From Verrucomicrobia bacterium UBA3869 (lineage in GTDB: Bacteria; Verrucomicrobiota; Verrucomicrobiia; Opitutales; UBA9783), in NCBI GenBank assembly GCA_002392285.1, contig DGGR01000009.1, positions 1-5,851 on the forward strand: a stretch of 5,851 nucleotides of DNA, written 5' to 3'. The notes beneath the pieces are model-generated. The model saw only the letters and a list, made by a program, of their open reading frames with translations. It searched no databases and was not told the DNA's origin. The position numbers were made by a program, and so were the translations under genes. Of the stretch, positions 1 through 5,567 are shown piece after piece. Position 1 is the stretch's first letter; every line of letters begins with the position of its first letter.

Positions 1-185
1 TCCCCTGTCCCACAGCCATATTCCAGAAACTTCCCTTTCAATGGAAGCTTTCGTTTAAGGGTTTTCGCAATCTTGATATGGTAGTAATGCGAGGTAGCAT
101 GACCTGGAAGATTCACTCTAAATGCTGATTCCCACCAATCTTTTTGGTCGGCATCCGTCCAGATATATTCAAATAGTTTTGCCAT
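1..185 (-). CDS. Class I SAM-dependent methyltransferase, N-terminal fragment (the gene runs off the left edge of the window)
   Basis: The reverse complement of 1-185 starts with ATG (183-185) and reads MAKLFEYIWTDADQKDWWESAFRVNLPGHATSHYYHIKIAKTLKRKLPLKGKFLEYGCGTG with no stop. It ends in the E-x-G-C-G-T-G Rossmann motif I that is typical of SAM-binding methyltransferases. It is absent from the ORF track because it is truncated by the window edge. Confidence 0.6.
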   Translation of the reverse strand, partial: MAKLFEYIWTDADQKDWWESAFRVNLPGHATSHYYHIKIAKTLKRKLPLKGKFLEYGCGTG

Positions 186-202
186 GATTATTATTGGATC
201 GA

Positions 203-232
203 TTAAACAGGGTGATTGCAATATTTTATTAT
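203..232 (+). promoter_or_regulatory. Candidate sigma70-like promoter for the rhomboid gene in the divergent intergenic region
   Basis: TTAAAC (203-208), an 18-nt spacer and TATTAT (227-232) lie about 50 nt upstream of the ATG at 283, in an AT-rich 97-bp divergent gap. This is a motif match only, the -35 is weak, and alternative hexamers exist. Confidence 0.2.
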
Positions 233-282
233 AGGTGGGACTTTAACTTGCGTTTCTAGCATTTTGATTTAAACCCAACTCT

Positions 283-990
283 ATGGATATTCATTTGATG
301 CATTCTATTCGATCTCCGTTGACCTTAATGCGTCGGTTAATGTGGATCTACCTTGCATTGTTTGTTTTATCGGAAAGCGTAACGGTTTGGTTTGGAGCTC
401 CGTGGTTGGAAGCTTGGTTGTGTTTGCCGAACCACAGCGGCAGTCTATTGGAAATTTGGCGCTTGGTTACCTATTCGTTTTTACACGCAAGTATTTTGCA
501 TATAGGAGTGAACCTGTGGTTGTTTTATAGCCTTGCTCGGTTTTTACTTGCAAATACGTTATCGATCAAACGTTTTCTAGTAGTCTATGGTTTAGGAATT
601 GTTCTTGGAGGAGTCGTTTGGTGGATAGTGCATGTGGGCAGGGGCTATCATATTCTCCAGGGTATTTCGGCGGGATGTTTGGCGTTATTGACCTATGCGT
701 GTTTAGCTTATCCGCAAAAGACGCTATCGATGCTCTTGTTCTTTATCTGCCCGATTCAATTGCAAGCGCGGTGGATTTTAATCGGTATCCTTGCCTTTGA
801 GGTCTTCAATGGTCTAGTGTATGAATTGCACGACCTAACCTCCATTGCGCATTCGGCTCATTTAGGGGGTATATTAGCAGGTTGGCTGATGTTTAACTTC
901 GGACGTTTTCAACCCAAAACTATCCGCTATTCGGTCCACCCTTCAACGATTTATTCGGTGGATCGTAACCAGGATCATTCTAACAAATAA
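283..990 (+). CDS. Rhomboid family intramembrane serine protease (GlpG-like)
   Basis: The 235-aa product is polytopic and hydrophobic. It has the rhomboid signature WRLVTYSFLHASILHIGVNLWLFY (the WR...H...H..N loop/TM2 motif). The catalytic GxSxG is GISAG (Ser129, nt 667-669) and the TM6 motif is HSAHLGGILAGW (His193, nt 859-861). The start could instead be the ATG at 298. Confidence 0.85.
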   Translation: MDIHLMHSIRSPLTLMRRLMWIYLALFVLSESVTVWFGAPWLEAWLCLPNHSGSLLEIWRLVTYSFLHASILHIGVNLWLFYSLARFLLANTLSIKRFLVVYGLGIVLGGVVWWIVHVGRGYHILQGISAGCLALLTYACLAYPQKTLSMLLFFICPIQLQARWILIGILAFEVFNGLVYELHDLTSIAHSAHLGGILAGWLMFNFGRFQPKTIRYSVHPSTIYSVDRNQDHSNK

Positions 991-1048
991 AGATCATCAT
1001 AAAGGAATTGAGTAGCCAACCCCCTGCAATTTGACGTATAAATTAAGT

Positions 1049-3340
1049 ATGAGGAACAGTGGAATTAGAGAAAAAGTGTTCATACTGGGGATCATCGGTT
1101 ATTTCTGCCTCAGTCCTGTTTTAAATGCCGCTACAAGCCAAAGCGCTTCGACTGCTTGTCCATCCCATAAACTTAAGCTCGAAAACGTAACTCCGTTAGA
1201 CTCGACCATGATGATGCGGATGGAAGCCTTACTGTTCTTCCGGGTTGTGGATTTCATGCATGTCCAAAATAAGTCCATAAGTAACTTTCCGGATGAGGCA
1301 ATTTTGAAAGAATATTTGGATTTGGTAGACCCGACTAAGATGTTTTTTACGCAATTAGATGTCGATCGGTTTATCGAAAACCATGCATCCCATGTAGGAC
1401 AACACTTAAAGGCTTATGGGGATATGGATCCCGGTTTCGCATTGATTAACCAGTACCGTCAGCGCTTTGCAGAACGCGTTGCGTGGATACAAGAGCGTTT
1501 AGATCAGCCCTTTGACTTCAAGGGGACAGGCAGTTTTTTGGTGGATCGTAAGAAAGCCAGTTTTTGTGCTAATCGTCAGGAATTAGATAGCTTATGGGAG
1601 CAGCGTTTAACGCATGAATTGATCAATGAGCTTTTGTTGGATTCGTCATCCGAGAAGCATAATCAATCGGATATAACAAGTCCATCGGATGACGAAAAGG
1701 TCTCTCGAGTGGTAACCGAGCAGCAGGCTATGAAGCGCTTAAATACGGCGATTGATACCATCAAAAAGCGTTATTTGGATTACAACAAATGGGTACAGCT
1801 GATTGAGCCGATGGATGTTCAAGAGCTGTTTTGCAATACGGTTGCGCAGTTCTTCGATGCTCACACGAGCTTTTTTTCAGCTGATTCAATGGATGAATTT
1901 TCGATTGAGTTGAAAAATTCGCTGTGTGGCATTGGGGCGGTACTCAAAGATGATAATGGTACCTGTATCATACAAGAAATTATGGCAGGGGGGCCGGCTG
2001 AACGGAATGGTCAATTGCGTGTAGGAGATAAGATTTTAGCAGTTGCTCAAGGCGATCAGGAGTTTGTGAATATCCAGGGTATGCGTTTACGGCATGCTGT
2101 AAAACTCATACGCGGCGGTAAGGGTACCATGGTGCGTTTGCGTATTCAGTCTGACAATAACGCGGGTTGTTCGGTTGTTGAGTTGATCCGAGAGGAAGTA
2201 AAACTAGAAGATCGTTTGGCTTCGGCAAAAGTGTTTTGGATTCCCGATGCCAACCAACGGTTGCATTGTATCGGATGGATCGATGTACCAGCGTTTTATG
2301 GCGAAGAAAGTGGGAGTACAACAGGGCATACCATTTCCAATGATGTAAAAACCTTGATTGAGCGTTTAAAGCAATTCTCGGTGGAAGGGTTGATTTTAGA
2401 TATGCGCCGCAATGGAGGAGGATTATTAACCGAAGCGGTTAACCTATCCGGCTTATTTTTAAAAAATTGTCCGGTGGTCCAAATTAAGCGGCGGGATGAA
2501 TGCGTTCCCTTGTGTGCCGATGCCAACCATTGTGTTTGGGAAGGCCCTCTGTTAATTGTTACATCGCGTTTTAGCGCGTCAGCAGCTGAAATTGTATCCG
2601 GGGCGTTACAGGTGACCCATCGTGCTTTAATTTTTGGAGATCGTTCGACCCATGGGAAAGGAACGGTGCAGGCCTTTATTGAACTCAACAAAGCGTTGCC
2701 GGTATCTTCGCCCAATACCCGTTTGGGTGCCGCCAATGTAACCATCCAAAAATGGTACTTACCGGATGGTTCTTCTATCCAACAACGGGGGATTACGCCT
2801 GATATGATATTGCCTTCTATTTGGGATGACCAACCGATTGGCGAAGCGGATTGTCCGCATGCATTGCCTTGGGATGTGATCAATTCCATGCCTTCGTTAC
2901 CTATCCAAGATCCCTCTTGTTGCTTGCTTTCGAACGAAGGGCGTCAGGTATTGTTGCAACGGGAACAAAAGCGCGTTTTATCACATCCTGCGTATGATTG
3001 GTATGCCCGTCAGCTGCAATTCAACCGCAAGCAGGTAGCAAAAAAAACCTATTCTATCAACTTATCGGAACGGATTCAGGCGATCAACGAAGAGCGGAGG
3101 GTACGTCAGGCTTTTTCGGATGAAGAGCAAACACTGTTAAAGACCTACAGCCCCATTTATTGGCCGTTATCCTTGTCACATAGGGCACCTAAAAAGAAGC
3201 CGAACGCAAAGCCAAGCTTTGATTTGTTTCAATACGAAGCGTTGGAAATTATGAATGATTGGCTTCAATGGCTGCATCCAGCCATAACGGTTGAACCGCA
3301 ATGGTGCTATGGGCAGGTGGCTCGCGCAGGAGCTTTTTAG
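1049..3340 (+). CDS. prc: Tail-specific (C-terminal processing) protease, Prc/Tsp type, MEROPS S41, with a PDZ domain and a signal peptide
   Basis: From the ATG at 1049 the N-terminus MRNSGIREKVFILGIIGYFCLSPVLNA/AT looks like a Sec signal peptide. The PDZ domain has GIGAVLKDDNGTCIIQEIMAGGPAERNGQLRVGDKILAV (about nt 1916-2185). S41 core motifs are LILDMRRNGGGLLTEAV, the nucleophile motif RFSASAAEI (nt 2573-2590) and the catalytic Lys motif THGKGTVQ (Lys at nt 2657-2659). These are near-collinear with the E. coli Prc motifs RFSASASEI and TFGKGTVQ. The ORF-track start (TTG at 1031) adds 6 residues in front of the signal peptide and is less likely. Confidence 0.9.
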   Translation: MRNSGIREKVFILGIIGYFCLSPVLNAATSQSASTACPSHKLKLENVTPLDSTMMMRMEALLFFRVVDFMHVQNKSISNFPDEAILKEYLDLVDPTKMFFTQLDVDRFIENHASHVGQHLKAYGDMDPGFALINQYRQRFAERVAWIQERLDQPFDFKGTGSFLVDRKKASFCANRQELDSLWEQRLTHELINELLLDSSSEKHNQSDITSPSDDEKVSRVVTEQQAMKRLNTAIDTIKKRYLDYNKWVQLIEPMDVQELFCNTVAQFFDAHTSFFSADSMDEFSIELKNSLCGIGAVLKDDNGTCIIQEIMAGGPAERNGQLRVGDKILAVAQGDQEFVNIQGMRLRHAVKLIRGGKGTMVRLRIQSDNNAGCSVVELIREEVKLEDRLASAKVFWIPDANQRLHCIGWIDVPAFYGEESGSTTGHTISNDVKTLIERLKQFSVEGLILDMRRNGGGLLTEAVNLSGLFLKNCPVVQIKRRDECVPLCADANHCVWEGPLLIVTSRFSASAAEIVSGALQVTHRALIFGDRSTHGKGTVQAFIELNKALPVSSPNTRLGAANVTIQKWYLPDGSSIQQRGITPDMILPSIWDDQPIGEADCPHALPWDVINSMPSLPIQDPSCCLLSNEGRQVLLQREQKRVLSHPAYDWYARQLQFNRKQVAKKTYSINLSERIQAINEERRVRQAFSDEEQTLLKTYSPIYWPLSLSHRAPKKKPNAKPSFDLFQYEALEIMNDWLQWLHPAITVEPQWCYGQVARAGAF

Positions 3341-3365
3341 GCTCTGGCGGTATGTAACAGAACCC

Positions 3366-4166
3366 ATGAATCGTATTACGAGTCGATCCAATGCGCATTA
3401 TAAGTCATGGATACACTTGTTGCGCTCCCGTGAACGCAAAAAATCCGGCTTATTCTTAATTGAAGGGTTTCGGGAACTATCCCGTGCCTTAAAGGCCAAG
3501 ATTGACCTCATTGAGGTGATTTTGAGCGAAACAGCCAGTGCGCATTCAACAACCGCAGGGTGGTTGGGTGCCTTGCCTGAAAAACTTACCTCCTATATAT
3601 TGCCGGATGATTTGTTTCAAACGCTTAGCGTGCGGGAACATCCGGATGGGTTCTTGGGGGTGGCGCAGCTAAAAATTAGCACGGTGGACACATGGGTTCC
3701 TAAACTCAACGGATTGTATTTGTTGGTCGAGCGATTGGAAAAACCTGGCAATTTAGGTGCTCTTATGCGGTCAGCAGAAGCGACAGCGGTGGATGCTGTG
3801 TTGGTTGCGGATCCATGCGTGGATTTGTTTAATCCGCATGTGATTCGAGCCTCTCAAGGAGCCGTATTTCAAGTACCTGCTTATTGTCAATCGACCGATG
3901 AATTGCTTACAAGGTTGCACGCTACGCCTTTAGCGTTATGGGCTGCAACTCCTCATGCGCAACGTACTTATTGGGACTGCGATTTTACCCAAGGCTCGGT
4001 AATTTGTATCGGTAATGAAGCTTCAGGGCTGCAGCCGATTTGGTTTGAACGAGCGACCCCTATGCTAATTCCTATGTATGGACAATCAGCAGATTCGTTA
4101 AATGCATCGGTTGCGGGTACTTTATGCCTTTATGAAGCACAGCGCCAACGTCACCTGAGGTCTTAA
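3366..4166 (+). CDS. SpoU/TrmH family RNA 2'-O-ribose methyltransferase (RlmB-like, SPOUT class)
   Basis: An N-terminal SpoU substrate-binding-like segment (ITSRSNAHYKSWIHLLRSRERKKSGLFLIEGFREL) is followed by three SPOUT motifs. These are LEKPGNLGALMRSA (nt 3735-3776), IGNEASGL (nt 4008-4031) and IPMYGQSADSLNASVAGTLCLYE (nt 4068-4136). I chose the ATG at 3366 (M26 of the track ORF) because it avoids overlap with prc and sits just before the conserved N-terminal segment. The ATGs at 3291 and 3309 remain possible. Confidence 0.85.
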   Translation: MNRITSRSNAHYKSWIHLLRSRERKKSGLFLIEGFRELSRALKAKIDLIEVILSETASAHSTTAGWLGALPEKLTSYILPDDLFQTLSVREHPDGFLGVAQLKISTVDTWVPKLNGLYLLVERLEKPGNLGALMRSAEATAVDAVLVADPCVDLFNPHVIRASQGAVFQVPAYCQSTDELLTRLHATPLALWAATPHAQRTYWDCDFTQGSVICIGNEASGLQPIWFERATPMLIPMYGQSADSLNASVAGTLCLYEAQRQRHLRS

Positions 4167-4169
4167 CCG

Positions 4170-5075
4170 TTAAGGATTGAGCGTTTTATAAAAGGAAACG
4201 CATGGCTCAGAAAAATTTCCTTTGGGATGTAAATGGGTGGTATAAGCAGAACCGTAATAAGCGGTGAACATCCCGCCTTCAGTAAAACCATTGCGTTTTA
4301 ACAGGGCGATAGACGCAACATTATCGCAGGCAACTCGATCCGAAAATAAGTAAACAATGGATAGACGCAGCGCAATGATTTCGAGCGAGCGTAGGATGGC
4401 CGACATTAACCCTTTGCGTTGATAATCGGGTAATAGGCCATAAGCCATGTTTGCAATCCATTGATGGGGCTTGATGTGCTCCTGAACGTATGTTAGGGTG
4501 CGTAACGATTGTTCGATGTATGCTAACAATGCTTCTGAATCGGCTTTTAGGTGATGGGCATCACAGAAAGCGGCAAAAGCGGCTGGAAGAAAATGACGAT
4601 GCAAGTGAACGCTTAAATCGGTCGTTAAATCGCACGACAGTGAGGTGTTAAAAAAAGCATCCCATCGAGGGAATACGTATTGTTTAAAGAGCTTCGGTAG
4701 ATCTTGAGGATGATAGAGCTCCATAAACAGGAAACCAATGGGGGTATCCTGATCCATCAACAAGAATGTAATGATACCGCTGAGTATTGACCAATGCGCT
4801 AGGGTGTTATGCGTCTGAGAGGTGGCTTTGATTTGTTCTAAATCGCCATAGTTATTGGAAGCATCTCCGTACGCATAAAGCAACGGATAGATAGAAGGTG
4901 CATCGGTCGGTTTGGCGGTGCGTAACGTATAATTTTGGATAGGAATCGAGAGTGATTGAAGGAATGCAATCGATTCATTGGGCAAAGATGATAGGGTCCC
5001 TGCAATAAAAGGGAAAAAAATTCCGTTTTTATAACTGCTTGAATGAGCGGTTAGCAATACAATGCGCTCATTCAC
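4170..5075 (-). CDS. Atypical GNAT family N-acetyltransferase (RimJ/RimL-like core) with an N-terminal extension and a large internal insertion
   Basis: The product is 301 aa. The GNAT beta1/alpha1-like start is YTLRTAKPTDAPSIYPLL and beta2-3 is FLLMDQDTPIGFLFMEL. The acetyl-CoA motif A is LLPDYQRKGLMSAILRSL (QRKGLMSA = nt 4398-4421). The C-terminal segment DRVACDNVASIALLKRNGFTEGG matches the RimL-type pattern (N..S..LL.K.GF..EG). The start is GTG at 5075, preceded by AAGGA 8 nt upstream, and there is no in-frame ATG until residue 107. Confidence 0.7.
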   Translation of the reverse strand: MNERIVLLTAHSSSYKNGIFFPFIAGTLSSLPNESIAFLQSLSIPIQNYTLRTAKPTDAPSIYPLLYAYGDASNNYGDLEQIKATSQTHNTLAHWSILSGIITFLLMDQDTPIGFLFMELYHPQDLPKLFKQYVFPRWDAFFNTSLSCDLTTDLSVHLHRHFLPAAFAAFCDAHHLKADSEALLAYIEQSLRTLTYVQEHIKPHQWIANMAYGLLPDYQRKGLMSAILRSLEIIALRLSIVYLFSDRVACDNVASIALLKRNGFTEGGMFTAYYGSAYTTHLHPKGNFSEPCVSFYKTLNP

Positions 5076-5080
5076 GGCTT

Positions 5081-5482
5081 TTATCCTTGCAATAGCATAA
5101 TCCGAAACTCTTCCAGCAGGTTGGAGGAAAGTGATTCAGATTGTAACACACGGATGGCGTCTTGATAAATCAACCGAATGCTTTGACGTTTTTCTTTTTG
5201 CCTGAGCCCTTGCAGGATTTTAATTAAATTCGCCAAATGATCTTGATATTGAATGGGCGATAATTGCTCAAAAAACACCATATTCGGCTTGAGCGCTTCA
5301 TTTACCTCATTCCCTAACTTTTGAACTTTTAAAATGCGGTTTAACCGTTCATCGGGCGAATTGTCGCTATTTTGATATTGTTTTTTTTGAATGCAGTTGG
5401 GGTGCAAAGCATCCGCAATGGTAATCTTAGAAACCCCCAGGTTTAAGTTGAGAAATTGTTTTTTCCAATGCAGTAAATCCAT
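5081..5482 (-). CDS. Hypothetical 133-aa protein with no family I can recognise; possible weak N-terminal helix-turn-helix and a helical C-terminal half
   Basis: The ORF is intact, starts at ATG 5482, and ends 5 nt before the GNAT start on the same strand. The segment LNLGVSKITIADAL loosely resembles an HTH recognition region of the (A/L)..LGVS..TI type. The protein is slightly basic by residue count. Beyond ORF integrity and operon context, coding status is unproven. Confidence 0.5.
   Translation of the reverse strand: MDLLHWKKQFLNLNLGVSKITIADALHPNCIQKKQYQNSDNSPDERLNRILKVQKLGNEVNEALKPNMVFFEQLSPIQYQDHLANLIKILQGLRQKEKRQSIRLIYQDAIRVLQSESLSSNLLEEFRIMLLQG
5084..5088 (-). promoter_or_regulatory. 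Shine-Dalgarno-like AAGGA for the GNAT gene, embedded in the last codons of the upstream 133-aa ORF
   Basis: The minus strand reads CAA GGA TAA AAGCC GTG. AAGGA lies 8 nt upstream of the GTG start and overlaps the Gln-Gly-stop of the upstream ORF, an arrangement consistent with translational coupling. It is the only clear SD-like element at any start in this window. Confidence 0.4.
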
Positions 5483-5488
5483 TGCTTA

Positions 5489-5517
5489 AGTATAAGCTTT
5501 TTTGGCTTATTACGCAA
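5489..5517 (-). promoter_or_regulatory. Candidate sigma70-like promoter for the 133-aa/GNAT pair
   Basis: The minus strand has TTGCGT (5517-5512), a 17-nt spacer and TATACT (5494-5489). The -10 ends 6 nt before the ATG at 5482, which implies a leaderless or near-leaderless transcript. This fits the lack of any SD for that ORF. It is a motif match only. Confidence 0.3.
5492..5510. repeat. Perfect 6-bp inverted repeat ATAAGC-N7-GCTTAT inside the candidate promoter spacer and -10
   Basis: ATAAGC (5492-5497), TTTTTTG and GCTTAT (5505-5510) are read directly from the sequence. The repeat lies 10-28 nt upstream of the 133-aa ORF start. An operator role is inferred, and a 6-bp AT-rich palindrome can arise by chance. 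Confidence 0.35.
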
Positions 5518-5567
5518 GCAATGACCAGGTTTTTGAACTACAGGGACTTATAACAAGGGTCGTAGGT

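Noticed and set aside
342-800. Two alternative-frame plus-strand ORFs (342-530 and 618-800) inside the rhomboid gene
   Set aside because: Both are nested out of frame within a gene whose own frame carries clear rhomboid motifs. They are short (62 and 60 aa) and have no motifs or independent start signals.
1031-1048. The TTG start for prc given by the ORF track
   Set aside because: The ATG at 1049 begins a canonical signal peptide with a charged n-region followed by a hydrophobic core. The TTG start only adds MTYKLS in front of it and has no RBS support.
991-1048. TTGACG and TATAAA hexamers immediately upstream of prc, considered as a possible internal promoter
   Set aside because: The two good hexamers are directly adjacent rather than 16-18 nt apart. 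Pairing TATAAA with a -35 at the proper distance gives only TAGCCA. Co-transcription from the rhomboid promoter is a simpler explanation.
2106-2321. A 71-aa antisense ORF inside prc, and a similar 71-aa antisense ORF at 3176-3391
   Set aside because: Both are short shadow ORFs opposite well-supported coding sequence, with no motifs, promoter or RBS evidence.
2296-2889. A 197-aa ORF antisense to prc
   Set aside because: It lies entirely opposite the most conserved part of the S41 catalytic domain and has no recognisable motifs. Its composition (rich in Pro, Ser, Arg and Trp) is what one expects from reading a conserved gene backwards. It is most likely a shadow ORF.
3291-3365. A 25-codon N-terminal extension of the TrmH ORF that overlaps the 3' end of prc by 50 nt
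   Set aside because: The extension (MNRNGAMGRWLAQELFRLWRYVTEP) precedes the conserved SpoU N-terminal segment and overlaps prc. The ATG at 3366 gives a non-overlapping gene of typical length. The longer start cannot be strictly excluded without experimental data.
4181-4201. The hairpin GCGTTT-N9-AAACGC just downstream of the TrmH stop, considered as a possible intrinsic terminator
   Set aside because: The stem is only 6 bp (3 G:C) with a 9-nt loop and no following U-tract on either strand. It lies inside the GNAT coding sequence, so the evidence is insufficient to call a terminator.
4497-4927. An 11-bp direct repeat GGTGCGTAACG at 4497-4507 and 4917-4927 inside the GNAT gene, in frame, with both copies encoding LRT
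   Set aside because: A few exact 11-mer recurrences are expected by chance in a window of about 5.9 kb. The flanking sequence and the flanking protein segments are not similar, so this is not evidence for an internal duplication.
5381-5388. A T8 homopolymer (A8 on the coding strand, encoding KK) in the 133-aa ORF, considered as a possible slipped-strand phase-variation site. Similar A8 and A7 runs occur at about 3041-3048 and 5012-5018.
   Set aside because: Tracts of 7-8 nt encoding Lys-Lys are common in AT-leaning genomes and are below the length usually associated with phase variation. The reading frames are intact.
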